Assembly: GCA_944350115.1 (NCBI GenBank)
Contig: CALVNZ010000001.1
Location: 93,378 to 157,377 of the forward strand
Source of the DNA: an uncultured Clostridia bacterium
Lineage (GTDB): Bacteria > Bacillota > Clostridia > Christensenellales > UBA1242
Direction: 5' to 3'
Length of the DNA: 64,000 bases
The position numbers and the translations under genes were made by a program. A model generated the notes under the pieces. That model saw only the letters and a list, made by a program, of their open reading frames with translations. It did not search any database and was not told the origin of the DNA. Below, piece by piece: positions 1 through 10,348 of the stretch (positions within the stretch are counted from its first letter, which is position 1; every line of letters begins with the position of its first letter).

Positions 1-45
1 CCTTTTTCAACTGATTTTCGCTCATACTTATTCAGTTTATCAAAT

Positions 46-83
46 AAAATAACTCTTGTCAATTATAACAAGAGTTATTTTGT
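46..83. terminator. Bidirectional rho-independent terminator-like hairpin
   Basis: 13-bp perfect stem aaataactcttgt / acaagagttattt with an 8-nt loop. T-runs follow on both strands. It lies directly 3' of the minus-strand CDS ending at 84. Confidence 0.6.
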
Positions 84-1850
84 TTATTCATACAAATCTT
101 TGTAAGCATCTGGATAATATGTTATTTTAACTTCATCTCTTAAAAATTCAATATTCATGTTCTCGAAGAGAGTGTATCTGTCGGAGTTTAACTCATCAAA
201 AATTTCATCTAAAATAGTTTTTTCTTCACCTGCTTTAACTCTCGTTTCATTTAAAACTTCAATATCAGATAAAGTAAGTTTAAAGTTTGAATCTATTCCG
301 CTGAACAAGTTTTCAACTTTGCCTTCATAAACCATGATGTGAATTCCATAATCAGATCTGATAAATTCTGTGCATAAATCTCCAACTTTTGCCGTGCCAT
401 AGTTGTAAAGTTCAATAGCTGCAGTCGTGAAAGATTCAACCATTTCTGAATGCGCTGTGTAAGACGTTCCATTTTCTGTGTCTGGTGTTGTGTAATCAAC
501 GCCTATTACATAATTTCTTTCAGCATTCATGATGCCTTCATCTTCATTATATTTGTAAATAAACTCATCAAAATATTCTGCTTTTAGTTGTTCGTTTCCT
601 GCGGCTGAAGCAAGTTTGTTTTTAAGTTCTGTCATAACTTGTTCAACAGATTTTGTTTCACCAGTCTCAACCCAAACTCCATCATCATTTTTTTCTCGAA
701 TAGGAAATGTTAAATTTGCATAAAGCTGTTCAATTTTTTCTTCGGCCTCTTTTATAGTGTATTTTGTGCTTGTCCCATCCAACACTTTTTGGCATTCATC
801 ATATATCGCTTGCTCTTCATCAGAAAACTTTGCCAAAATGTGAGAAACATAAAAGTACTCTGTTCCGGTTGTTTTGTAATAATAGATTGAGCTTACATCA
901 CTTAAAATGTCTGTATCGTAAGAAGATGCACCTTCAACAACATATTTATTATAAGAATTAACAACTTTGCTTGTGTAAAGCTCCAACAAGTTATCTATTG
1001 TGACAGCAGAATTGTTTGTTTGATTCAGTTCTGCATATTTTTCTATCAAAAACGAATCATACAAAACTTCATAAACTCTTTGAATTTCTCTTTTGAACAC
1101 GGAATCTTGATCTGTTGAAAGATTCATTCCTTCTTCAGATTTTTTTGCATCAGACAAATATTTGTTAAAACCTTGATTGTAAATTGGCTGGTCTTTCAAA
1201 AATTGTTTAATGCAGTCATAAAGCACATTTAAATCATTTTGATTTGCAACATCTCTGTCTTCACCACTCCAATAAACATGCTCATTGACTTCATCAGTTG
1301 TCGTTTTTAACAAAACTATTTCATAAGTTCCGTCTTCGTTTTTTTCAAGTGTAAATGATTTTTCATAAATTGTTTGACTAATTGCTGTTTCATCAGAAGT
1401 CGAATCTTCTTCGTCGTCTTTAATGCCATTTAGGTCATTATAATAACTAATAATATTTTCCTTGATGGCATCATAAGTCATTTCCCACAGATATGTTTTC
1501 TCTTTGGTAGTTAAAACCTCACCGCCATTTTGTTCTTTCAAAATATTTTCAGCAGCCCTTATTGTCAATTTTTCATTCATGACCATTTCCAAAAGTTGTT
1601 TAACAGTTTCTTCGCCAGACAAACCATAATTTTGCATATAGAGTGAACCATAGTTGTTGACTGCATAAACCAAATCTTTCTTGGTTATTTCAATTTTTTC
1701 GCCATCTTCATACTCTAAAACAGCAACCGGTTCAGCGTAATATTTAGCCATGTCTTTTGAAACAAGATCACAACCCGCAAAAACAGAAACGCACATGAAT
1801 AAGCACAGCGTTAAGCATAAAATTAAACTGGTAAATTTAGATCTTTTCAT
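84..1850 (-). CDS. PrsA/SurA-like peptidyl-prolyl isomerase lipoprotein (foldase)
   Basis: Lipoprotein signal with lipobox (..CVSVFAGC). Parvulin-like signatures YFYVSHILAKF and SDYGIHIMVYEG are separated by a long insert. TAA stop is followed by a terminator. Confidence 0.6.
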   Translation of the reverse strand: MKRSKFTSLILCLTLCLFMCVSVFAGCDLVSKDMAKYYAEPVAVLEYEDGEKIEITKKDLVYAVNNYGSLYMQNYGLSGEETVKQLLEMVMNEKLTIRAAENILKEQNGGEVLTTKEKTYLWEMTYDAIKENIISYYNDLNGIKDDEEDSTSDETAISQTIYEKSFTLEKNEDGTYEIVLLKTTTDEVNEHVYWSGEDRDVANQNDLNVLYDCIKQFLKDQPIYNQGFNKYLSDAKKSEEGMNLSTDQDSVFKREIQRVYEVLYDSFLIEKYAELNQTNNSAVTIDNLLELYTSKVVNSYNKYVVEGASSYDTDILSDVSSIYYYKTTGTEYFYVSHILAKFSDEEQAIYDECQKVLDGTSTKYTIKEAEEKIEQLYANLTFPIREKNDDGVWVETGETKSVEQVMTELKNKLASAAGNEQLKAEYFDEFIYKYNEDEGIMNAERNYVIGVDYTTPDTENGTSYTAHSEMVESFTTAAIELYNYGTAKVGDLCTEFIRSDYGIHIMVYEGKVENLFSGIDSNFKLTLSDIEVLNETRVKAGEEKTILDEIFDELNSDRYTLFENMNIEFLRDEVKITYYPDAYKDLYE

Positions 1851-1923
1851 AGCTCTCCCAAATTAGTTCCTAGTTAGTATACAAAATTTTAGTTTGTTTT
1901 TCAAGTGATTTGACTTCTTTTTT

Positions 1924-4900
1924 TTAACTTTCTGTTTTTTTGGCTTCTTCAAAAAAGTTAATCAAAACATCAAGCATTTTAATCATTGGTTTGTTTTTTG
2001 GCAATTTGATTATTGGCAAATTTTCAAATCTTAAACTAGCACCAAATTTTGAAAGCACACTCACCAACCTTTTATCAACAACTTGACTGTCCTTGTACAA
2101 TACGATTTTTATTTCATCACCAAAAGATTTAACTTCCTTAACATTAAAATTGACTGCCAAATTCTTTATATAAGCAATTTTTGCCAAATTTTTGGTTTCT
2201 TGTGGCACATCTCCATAACCATCAACCAAACTTTCAAAAACGCTTTGCATATCTTCGCTTGAACCAATTTCACTGATTTTCATGTAATAAGAAATTCGCT
2301 GTTCACTTGTTGGAAGATAATTTTCAGGAATGAACGCATCAACTGGCAAATCGATTCGAACAGGCTTTTCTTCGTTCACTTTTTTTCCAGAAAGTTCACT
2401 CACCGTTTCATTTAAAAGCTTAATAAACATGTCATAACCAACTTTTTCGATATGACCATGCTGTTCTTTCCCAAAAATGTTGCCAGCACCTCTGATTTCT
2501 AAATCACGCATAGAAATTTTAAATCCGCTTCCAAGTTCTCTAAATTCTTTTATTGCTTCAAGCCTATTGTAAGAATCTTGAGTCAAAACTTTTCCTTCTT
2601 TGTATAACAAGTATGCGTAACTTAATTTATCGCTTCTTCCGATTCTGCCACGCAATTGATAAAGTTGACTTAACCCTAACAAATCTGCATCAAAAATAAT
2701 CATGGTGTTGGCAGAAGGAAGATCGATTCCATTTTCAATCAATGTCGTAGAAACGAAAACGTTGAATTCTCCATTAAAAAGCTTGTCAATGGTTTTTTGC
2801 AATTCTTTTTCTTTCATTTGTCCATGCGCTATTCCAATTTTCGCCTCTGGAACCAATTTTGACAAATAATTTGCAATACTAAAAATTGTTTGAACACGAT
2901 TGTAAATGACAAACACTTTTCCGCCCCTCGCAAGCTCCCTTCGAATGACATTTTTGATGACTTCTTCATCTTCTGCTGTCACATAAGTTTGTATAGGAAG
3001 TCTGTCTCTTGGTGGCGTTGCAATGATTGAAATATCACGTATGCCTGTCAGTGACATATGCAAAGTTCTTGGAATAGGCGTCGCAGAAAGAGCAAGAACA
3101 TCAATATTTTTTCTCAAGTTTTTAATTTTTTCTTTTGCAGCGACACCAAATCTTTGTTCTTCGTCAATGATTAAAAGTCCAAGATTTTTAAATTCTAAAT
3201 CGCTAGACAAAATTCTGTGCGTACCGATCAAAATGTCGACATCTCCATTTTTTGTTCTGTTTAAGATGTCTTTTGTCTGCGCCGTGGTTTTAAATCTGTT
3301 TAAAACTTCAATATTGACGCCAAATTTTTCAAATCTTTTTTTAGCATTTAAATAATGTTGTTCACTTAAAATCGTTGTAGGACACAAAAATGCAACTTGT
3401 TTGTTGTTTATAACTGCTCGAAAAGCAGCCCTGTATGCCACTTCTGTTTTACCAAATCCGACATCTCCGCATAATAGTCTGTCCATAATTTTTGTTGAAC
3501 TCATATCAGTTAAAACTTCTTTTGTTGCTTGAAGTTGATCTGCCGTTTCTTCAAATTCAAAAGCGTTTGCAAATTCATCTTCTAAAAATTTTTCCTGTTT
3601 AAAAACAAAACCTTTTGAATTTTCTCTTTCTTTGTAAAGATTGATAAGCTCAATTGCAAAACCTTCGAGTTTTTCTTTTACTTTCTTTTTTAATTGTTCA
3701 AATTCACGACCGCCAAGCACATTCATTTGTGGGTCTTTTTCTCCTCCGCCCACGAATGCAGATAGAGAACTTGCTTGTTCGCTTGGGAGATAGAGCGTGC
3801 CCCCATTTTTATATTCAATTACAAAATAATCTTTTTCACAGTCAGTCAGTCTCAATTTTTCAATGCTTTTGCATTTGCCAATTCCATGAAATTCATGAAC
3901 AACATATTCACCAATTCTTGGCTGATAAAAAGTTTCTTTTTTGGCATTTGACACAAAACTTTTGTTTTGCTTTGAGAGATTGTCTGACCCTATTGCCACA
4001 ATGTTTAATTCTGAAAACTTAAAAGAATTTGGAAAATATTGATTCGAAATGTAAATGCCATTTGAAAATGTTCGATCTTTTTCAAAATCGAAAAAAGCTA
4101 TGTCCTTGCCTAAAAAGAAATTTTGCAATCTTTTTTTTGCTACATCATCGCCCGCAAAAAGAACCACTCTGTTTTTATCTGGATTATAACTTTTTATATC
4201 ATCTGCAAGCTCATTAAATGAATGAATATAACTTATCTCTGCTCCACTTAACAAATCTTTGCCATCTGATAAAGAAAAATATAAACTTCCATTAAACATC
4301 TCGAAACTAGAAAATTCTTTTTCATTAAAATTTTCCATAGTTTTAAAACTTTCAATAAGCATTGAAGTAGTTTGCATTAAAAGTTCTTTTTGGTCAATGA
4401 CTACGGTTTGGCATAAATCTGTTACATTGTCATTTCCAGAAGATAAAATTGCAGGAAAAATCGAAAATTTTTCAATTTTTTTAATAATTTTCATATCATT
4501 CGGATTAAAATATGCGATTTCTTCAACTTCTTCATCAAAAAAATCAAATCTAACAGGTTGCTTTTCTGTGACAGCGAACACATCCAAAATGTCTCCGCGC
4601 AAAGCAAATTCTCCTTCATTTTCCACAAGATCAACTCTTTCATAACCAAAATCTGTTAATTTTGAAACCAATTCAGCAATTTCGTGATTTTTTCCTTTTT
4701 CAAGCTTGATTGGCGACATGAAGAAGTTTTTATCAAAATTCGTTATAGCAGCATTAGGCAAAAATATCACAAAATCTAGCTTCCCACTTAAAAAGCCCGA
4801 AACAGCAGATGCAAAACCAACAAGGTTTAAATCTTTTTCAACTCCAACCTCTTTCCCACATGAAACAATTTCAACGCTTTTGTTTAACGCAGAAAGCGCT

Positions 4901-5055
4901 TTTTTTAATTTGACCGCTTCAACAAAATCCGCAACAAGAACAACGCCCCTTTCTTTTAATGCAATAAGAAGCGCTTTTTCGCCTATCTTTGCTCCACAAA
5001 ATTCTTTTTCATCTTTTAATTGTGAAGATTTTAAAACTGAAAAAATTTTTTTCAT
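1924..5055 (-). CDS. mfd: Transcription-repair coupling factor Mfd
   Basis: CarD/TRCF domain (GEYVVHEFHGIGK). SF2 helicase motifs GDVGFGKTEVA, DEEQRFG and QLRGRIGR. One-nt TAATG overlap with pth, as in Bacillus-type synteny. Confidence 0.92.
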   Translation of the reverse strand: MKKIFSVLKSSQLKDEKEFCGAKIGEKALLIALKERGVVLVADFVEAVKLKKALSALNKSVEIVSCGKEVGVEKDLNLVGFASAVSGFLSGKLDFVIFLPNAAITNFDKNFFMSPIKLEKGKNHEIAELVSKLTDFGYERVDLVENEGEFALRGDILDVFAVTEKQPVRFDFFDEEVEEIAYFNPNDMKIIKKIEKFSIFPAILSSGNDNVTDLCQTVVIDQKELLMQTTSMLIESFKTMENFNEKEFSSFEMFNGSLYFSLSDGKDLLSGAEISYIHSFNELADDIKSYNPDKNRVVLFAGDDVAKKRLQNFFLGKDIAFFDFEKDRTFSNGIYISNQYFPNSFKFSELNIVAIGSDNLSKQNKSFVSNAKKETFYQPRIGEYVVHEFHGIGKCKSIEKLRLTDCEKDYFVIEYKNGGTLYLPSEQASSLSAFVGGGEKDPQMNVLGGREFEQLKKKVKEKLEGFAIELINLYKERENSKGFVFKQEKFLEDEFANAFEFEETADQLQATKEVLTDMSSTKIMDRLLCGDVGFGKTEVAYRAAFRAVINNKQVAFLCPTTILSEQHYLNAKKRFEKFGVNIEVLNRFKTTAQTKDILNRTKNGDVDILIGTHRILSSDLEFKNLGLLIIDEEQRFGVAAKEKIKNLRKNIDVLALSATPIPRTLHMSLTGIRDISIIATPPRDRLPIQTYVTAEDEEVIKNVIRRELARGGKVFVIYNRVQTIFSIANYLSKLVPEAKIGIAHGQMKEKELQKTIDKLFNGEFNVFVSTTLIENGIDLPSANTMIIFDADLLGLSQLYQLRGRIGRSDKLSYAYLLYKEGKVLTQDSYNRLEAIKEFRELGSGFKISMRDLEIRGAGNIFGKEQHGHIEKVGYDMFIKLLNETVSELSGKKVNEEKPVRIDLPVDAFIPENYLPTSEQRISYYMKISEIGSSEDMQSVFESLVDGYGDVPQETKNLAKIAYIKNLAVNFNVKEVKSFGDEIKIVLYKDSQVVDKRLVSVLSKFGASLRFENLPIIKLPKNKPMIKMLDVLINFFEEAKKTES

Positions 5056-5549
5056 TAAATCCTTTTTTCAATCTCATCAGCGGCTTTTGAGATAAGCTCA
5101 TCATAATCTTTGCCCATTTTTGATAAAACAAAATCTTTAAGATCACCCTCTGGCTTCCCAATACCGACTCTAAGTCTTTTAAAATCTTCGCCAATAAAAT
5201 TAACTATATTTCTCAATCCGTTATGAGTTCCTGCACTTCCATGTTCGCGAAACCTTAATGTGCCTTTTGGTAAATCAATATCATCTGATATAACAATAAT
5301 GTCAGCATCTTTAAATTTTTGCTTTAACATAACAACAGCTTCGCCAGAAAGATTCATGTATGTTTGAGGTTTGACAAGCATGATTTTTTGTCCATCAATT
5401 TTGCCTTCTCCAAAATTTGATTTACATCCTTTTTTTGAAAGCTTGATTCCCAAACGATTTGAAAGTTCGTCAACAACCTTGAATCCCACATTGTGATAAG
5501 TGTTTTCATATTCTTTGCCAGGGTTTCCTAAGCCCACAACAATTTTCAT
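5055..5549 (-). CDS. pth: Peptidyl-tRNA hydrolase
   Basis: N-terminus MKIVVGLGNPGKEYENTYHNVGF and GSAGTHNGLRN are canonical Pth motifs. Confidence 0.93.
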   Translation of the reverse strand: MKIVVGLGNPGKEYENTYHNVGFKVVDELSNRLGIKLSKKGCKSNFGEGKIDGQKIMLVKPQTYMNLSGEAVVMLKQKFKDADIIVISDDIDLPKGTLRFREHGSAGTHNGLRNIVNFIGEDFKRLRVGIGKPEGDLKDFVLSKMGKDYDELISKAADEIEKRI

Positions 5550-6307
5550 TTTTCTTCTCCCCCAACAAGTCTTTTCCCAGCAACCACAGAACCTTTTTTA
5601 ACCACAGTGTCAATGATGACGTTTCCGCTTTTCAAGTGGCACTCTTCTTCAATCACAGTTGTTCCTTTTAAAACATTAAAAGGCTCAACAATAACACCAG
5701 CTCCAATTTCAACATCTGCGTCAATGAATATGCTTTGCTCACCAAGCAACAACACGCCATTTGTTTTGTGAAAATCACGAATCCTTTGTTCTAACACTTC
5801 AAAACATTGGCTAATAACGTTTGCACTATTTGCAACAATAAATTGCTCGGGTGCGATATTTTTTCTCACAGGAGAAAAAATTTCGTCAGCAGTTAAAATA
5901 AAATTCGCAGAAAAAACAAACCCTCTTGGCAAAATCATCGCATTAAGATTTTTCGTTGCAAAAAAATCAAGCGCCTGCGCCAAAGTTTTCTTTTCCAAAA
6001 GTGGCGAATCACTATACAAAACCACAATATATTTTTTACTTTCAGCATAAGGTTTAAGTTCTGACAAAAAATTTTCTTCTTTTATTTCCTCAACAACCAC
6101 CTTTTCCATTTTCCCACAAGCAATCAAAACCCAGTCAAGCATGCTTTTACCACACAACTGCAAACTTGACAAAGGCCTCTTCATCACGATTGCGATTGTT
6201 TCCTTTTCAACCCAATCATAACTTTTGGCTGTCATAATAGATGAGGAAAGCACAGAGCTTTCTTCTTCTTCAATTTTTTCTTCTAAAACCAATGTTTCTT
6301 CCATCAT
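5546..6307 (-). CDS. GlmU-like nucleotidyltransferase / short left-handed beta-helix protein, probably catalytically degenerate
   Basis: GlmU-like blocks LCGKSMLDWVL and VVLYSDSPLL, plus hexapeptide-like IDADVEIGAGVIVEP. The LAAGxGTRM loop is replaced by AIVMKRPLSS and the protein is only 253 aa. It occupies the glmU position upstream of pth. Confidence 0.45.
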   Translation of the reverse strand: MMEETLVLEEKIEEEESSVLSSSIMTAKSYDWVEKETIAIVMKRPLSSLQLCGKSMLDWVLIACGKMEKVVVEEIKEENFLSELKPYAESKKYIVVLYSDSPLLEKKTLAQALDFFATKNLNAMILPRGFVFSANFILTADEIFSPVRKNIAPEQFIVANSANVISQCFEVLEQRIRDFHKTNGVLLLGEQSIFIDADVEIGAGVIVEPFNVLKGTTVIEEECHLKSGNVIIDTVVKKGSVVAGKRLVGGEEK

Positions 6308-6454
6308 GATTTAATTATAAAGCCTAATTACCGCAAATGTCAAACAAATTTTTGTCGACAAAATTTTTGCAATATGTCGAAAATATTTTTGCCTTTTTCA
6401 AATTTATGGTATTATTAATTAACTCAAAGTTGTCAAAAACAAAGAGAGGTGAAA

Positions 6455-7573
6455 ATGAAAAAAGTTAAATCGTTAAAAATCTCATATCTTTTTTTAATTG
6501 CAAGTTGTTTTTTACTTAGCTTAATGGCATGTTTTATTTCAACACCTGCTTTGCAAACAAAAGCCGACTCAAGTCTTTTGGCTTCTTATTCTTCAAATCT
6601 AAACATAACAACTCAAAACCACGAAGGAGAAACCATTTCATCTGTTCCAGGGACAACAACTCTTGTTTATGAAGGTGCAACAACAGCAGATTATGCTTAC
6701 TCATCATTAAACTGGTCAGATTTACGAAACTTCGTGGTAAGTTTTGATATATCTTCAATTCCAGACGCAACTAATTTTGAATATTCCTACTCTGTTTCTT
6801 GGACGCCAGCTGTCATCACTGATGGGAAAGCTGATTTTTCAACAGCTCACACTGTAACAAAAGACATTTTCAAAAAGACTGCTGCGACAAAATCAGATGT
6901 TATCACAGAGTTTAATTTCATAATCGACGATTTGTCAATGGAAGGAGAAAATGTTTATAGAGCTACAGAAATTTTGCAAGATGCAAACAACAATCTCTAT
7001 CAAACACATGGTGGCTGGGGTTTGTATGTATTCTCATTCAATTATTCTCAAACAGGGGCTTTAACCAGTGCTGTGTTGGAAGTTAAACCAACAGATGTGA
7101 ACACTCTTGAAGAACCAACCGTTAAAATAACTGAAAAATCTTCAAACCTTGGAATGAAAAGTTCTTATTTATTCACTTTGTCAGACTCGTTCAAATATGT
7201 CGACAGAAGTTTGATGGTTTGGTATATTGAAGGAATAGGTCGCGATGGATTAAAATATGTTTTAACACCAAGCGACATCGAAGAAATTTCTGACAAGCCA
7301 ATTTATGACACTTCATCTTATTATAGAAATGGATATAGTTTTGATTTTGACACCAGCATTGAAGGAACTTGGACGGCGACTTGCAAAATTTACACGCAAA
7401 CCCCTGAAGAAGGGATTTCACCAAAATATGAAGTTTCAAGTGCAGAAGTTTCAACAGAAAAAGGAATGTCAACACAAGCAATCATTTGGATTGTAGTCGG
7501 CGCAGCAATAATTGCATCAATAATTGTTGCAGTAACCATCGTAGTTTCAATCAAACGAGAAAGAGTTTACTAA
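6455..7573 (+). CDS. Secreted, C-terminally membrane-anchored surface protein (unknown function)
   Basis: ATG at 6455 lies 5 nt after RBS agagagg; the track's GTG at 6449 is less likely. N-terminal signal peptide, C-terminal TM helix plus KRERVY tail. Same topology and T/S/N/Y-rich composition as the giant protein at 52717. Confidence 0.6.
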   Translation: MKKVKSLKISYLFLIASCFLLSLMACFISTPALQTKADSSLLASYSSNLNITTQNHEGETISSVPGTTTLVYEGATTADYAYSSLNWSDLRNFVVSFDISSIPDATNFEYSYSVSWTPAVITDGKADFSTAHTVTKDIFKKTAATKSDVITEFNFIIDDLSMEGENVYRATEILQDANNNLYQTHGGWGLYVFSFNYSQTGALTSAVLEVKPTDVNTLEEPTVKITEKSSNLGMKSSYLFTLSDSFKYVDRSLMVWYIEGIGRDGLKYVLTPSDIEEISDKPIYDTSSYYRNGYSFDFDTSIEGTWTATCKIYTQTPEEGISPKYEVSSAEVSTEKGMSTQAIIWIVVGAAIIASIIVAVTIVVSIKRERVY

Positions 7574-7577
7574 AATA

Positions 7578-7607
7578 AAAATGCGGGCAACTGACCCGCT
7601 TTTTTTT
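7578..7607 (+). terminator. Rho-independent terminator
   Basis: gcggg-caactga-cccgc stem-loop followed by an 8-T run. Confidence 0.65.
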
Positions 7608-7608
7608 A

Positions 7609-8004
7609 TCAAAGCACATTGTGTAAACTTGCACCCATAAAATGCAAATAACTTTTTGAATAAAATTTTATCGCTTCAAGTGAAGCATTAAATTCTTTAA
7701 TTTCATTTTTTTGCTGATATACTTTTAATTTCGCTATTTCAACACCAATTTCTTGAATACTTTTATGATTTGTCAAGTAGCAAAGTTTGCTTTCATTATT
7801 CATCCAATTATATTCCAAAGTGTCAACAGCAAGAGTTATAGGCATTGCTTGCAAGTTTTCTTTTCCGTCTGTTAAATTTTCAATTCTTAAACAATCGTTT
7901 TGCACAATAAACAATGATTTTGAAGATATTTCTTCCTCAACAACACAAATAACAATTAAAAACAAAAACATGAAAACAAGCATAATTTTTGAAAATATTT
8001 TCAT
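7609..8004 (-). CDS. Hypothetical membrane-anchored protein
   Basis: Single N-terminal TM helix. ATGA overlap with the upstream DUF421 gene suggests co-translation. No recognisable motif. Confidence 0.45.
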   Translation of the reverse strand: MKIFSKIMLVFMFLFLIVICVVEEEISSKSLFIVQNDCLRIENLTDGKENLQAMPITLAVDTLEYNWMNNESKLCYLTNHKSIQEIGVEIAKLKVYQQKNEIKEFNASLEAIKFYSKSYLHFMGASLHNVL

Positions 8005-8717
8005 GCGCTCCTCCTGACATTTTCAAAAATCTTTTTGCTTCCATTCATCATTTGCAAATAAACCATGCCGTTTTTGTCTATTGTCATCACCAAAACATTT
8101 TTGATCTTTGCACTTTCGCCAATATTTTTTCTTAAAAAAGATTTTATAAATTCTTCATCAATTTTCGCTATGTTTAAATTGTCTTTCATCACCTTCCCTT
8201 CGCTGACAATGTTGACAGGAATTACTGAAGCTTCAACTTTAAATTTCATTGTTTTGTTTGTTACTGGCGATTCTTCTGCTTTGGGCAAAACACTAATTTT
8301 CCCGTTTGTTTCCATAATTGCATATTCAACCTGCTCCAACGAAAAATAACCAAGACCCCGCATAGCTTCAAAAATATCGTCAATGGTCACATTAAGTTTT
8401 TTTAATGCTTTGTAATCAATGCCTTGGGGATTTATGACTATGACAGGCTTGCCACTTATTATCATAGAAAATTTTGTGCTCCATCGAGAAAAGAGCGTGA
8501 AAACAAAATGCAACAAAACCAAAGTAAACAATGGAATGATTCCATGCAAAACAGGAACTCCTATTTCCGCCATTGGTATTGTTGCTAGATCAGCAATAAT
8601 TAAAGTTAAAACGAGTTCAAAAGGTTGCATTTGACCAAGCTGACGCTTGCCCATGACCCTGAACACAAAAAGCACTACCAAATATATCAAAATTGCTCTA
8701 ATAACGATTGTTAACAT
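8001..8717 (-). CDS. DUF421/YetF-family membrane protein
   Basis: N-terminus ..IYLVVLFVFRVMGKRQLGQMQPFELVLTLIIADLA is typical of the YetF N-terminal membrane domain plus the DUF421 C-terminal domain. Confidence 0.8.
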   Translation of the reverse strand: MLTIVIRAILIYLVVLFVFRVMGKRQLGQMQPFELVLTLIIADLATIPMAEIGVPVLHGIIPLFTLVLLHFVFTLFSRWSTKFSMIISGKPVIVINPQGIDYKALKKLNVTIDDIFEAMRGLGYFSLEQVEYAIMETNGKISVLPKAEESPVTNKTMKFKVEASVIPVNIVSEGKVMKDNLNIAKIDEEFIKSFLRKNIGESAKIKNVLVMTIDKNGMVYLQMMNGSKKIFENVRRSA

Positions 8718-8748
8718 ATCGTTATTATGAAATAATTTTAAAAAATTA

Positions 8749-10281
8749 TCATATTTTTAAAGGCTTTTGCTTATTTTTCTTTTTAAATTTAGATGATACT
8801 TGCACAAAATATCCTTTTACATCAACAACATTCAAAATCATACATAGCAACAGATAAAAAGCCATTCCTATTCCACATGATATGATTATAGACAAAAATT
8901 GTGGCATTACAAACGAGCATAAAACTCCTACAAAAGATGTTATAGCCGCTGATGGAATGGTTGTTATAATCAACAAAACAAGTGGTTTTAAAATTTTCAA
9001 TTTGACTTTAGTTTTTCTTTTCAACATAAAAAAGTTTAAAACACTGGTTATGCACATACATATTCCCATTCCCCAAAACAGCGCATTGATTCCGCAAATT
9101 ATTGGCAAAAACCAAATAGCAATAAACATAACTATTGCCCCTATAAAGTAATTTACACAAGACTTGATTTCATATCCAAGAGAATTTAATAGAGAGGAAG
9201 TTATATTAGTTAAACCCATTGGAATCATGAGCCACGCAGATGACGCCAAAATCACTCCACTTAAACTGTTGTCAAACAAAAATTCTCCAATCATTTCTCC
9301 TGCGCCAATAAAAAGTGGAACTGCCATCGCTGAAACAAACAACGAAAACACCACTGATGAGCGTATTCTAGATTCAATGTGAGCATTGTCTTCTTTTACA
9401 ACCGCCATTGAAATATCCGGAACTAATGCTGTTGAAAGCGAACCAATTAATGTAGTTGGAATAAACAACAATGGCATCGTCATGCCAACTGCAACTCCAA
9501 ACAAACTCATGGTTTGAGAAGATGAATAACCCACGCTCATCAATCTCAAAGGAATTATAAATGCAATTAAAGGTTGCGCTAAACTACCCGCCACGCGCAC
9601 ACCTGTGATTGGCGCCGACCTTTTTATTAATTGTTTGTATTCTTTGCCAGGTTTTGACATTTTCCCGCCATAGATGAAATATAAAAGCACAACAAACAAA
9701 GCTGACACACCGCACGCTATTGTCAGCGACCAAGCCACACCCACAGCTTTACTTAAAACACTTGTTGCAGGGGCTAGAATTAACACGCAAATAAAAATTC
9801 TTACAATCTGTTCAAAAAACTCACTTACGCAAAGAGCAAAATAATTGTCTTGCCCCCACATGGCACCACGAAAAACGCTGTATACAGCAGAGAACACAAG
9901 TGCTGGCAAAAGTGAAATCAAAATTAACAAGCAACTTTCATCTGCAAAAATGTTGGCAAACACACTTTTTAATAACAAAACCACTCCGCATAAAGCCAAA
10001 CTGATTAACACCCCTAAAATGAGTGCTGAACTAACGAGCTTGCCTTGCTTATGTTTGTCATTACTGATTCTATAACCTGCAGTCATTCTCGAAATAATAA
10101 AAGGCAATCCACTGCTTATTATTGTTAACAGAACCATGAAAACGGAAAACGCAACTTGATAAAGTCCAAGAGCCTCCGCCCCAATTGCTCTAGAAAGATA
10201 AATTCTAAACAAAAATCCAACAATTCTTGTAAGCACTGAAAATCCGGTTATAAGCACAACCGTTTTAACCAATGATTTCAT
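8749..10281 (-). CDS. MOP-superfamily flippase (SpoVB/YabM/MurJ-like polysaccharide or lipid II flippase)
   Basis: About 14 predicted TM segments and a 510-aa length. N-terminus GFSVLTRIVGFLFRIYLSRAIGAEALGLYQ is typical of the polysaccharide biosynthesis protein family. Confidence 0.7.
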   Translation of the reverse strand: MKSLVKTVVLITGFSVLTRIVGFLFRIYLSRAIGAEALGLYQVAFSVFMVLLTIISSGLPFIISRMTAGYRISNDKHKQGKLVSSALILGVLISLALCGVVLLLKSVFANIFADESCLLILISLLPALVFSAVYSVFRGAMWGQDNYFALCVSEFFEQIVRIFICVLILAPATSVLSKAVGVAWSLTIACGVSALFVVLLYFIYGGKMSKPGKEYKQLIKRSAPITGVRVAGSLAQPLIAFIIPLRLMSVGYSSSQTMSLFGVAVGMTMPLLFIPTTLIGSLSTALVPDISMAVVKEDNAHIESRIRSSVVFSLFVSAMAVPLFIGAGEMIGEFLFDNSLSGVILASSAWLMIPMGLTNITSSLLNSLGYEIKSCVNYFIGAIVMFIAIWFLPIICGINALFWGMGICMCITSVLNFFMLKRKTKVKLKILKPLVLLIITTIPSAAITSFVGVLCSFVMPQFLSIIISCGIGMAFYLLLCMILNVVDVKGYFVQVSSKFKKKNKQKPLKI

Positions 10282-10348
10282 TTTCCCTCCACTTTAATGT
10301 ATTAAAAAGCTTTTCCAAATAATACAATAAGAAAAAAAGAGGTGAAAA

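Noticed and set aside
3023-5095. Several 60-130-aa plus-strand ORFs inside mfd, and similar ones inside prsA-like, recD2, the T4CP gene, the helicase gene and the giant gene (for example 52798-56974 minus strand)
   Set aside because: They are antisense shadows within long, motif-verified genes in an AT-rich genome where stop codons are depleted on the opposite strand.
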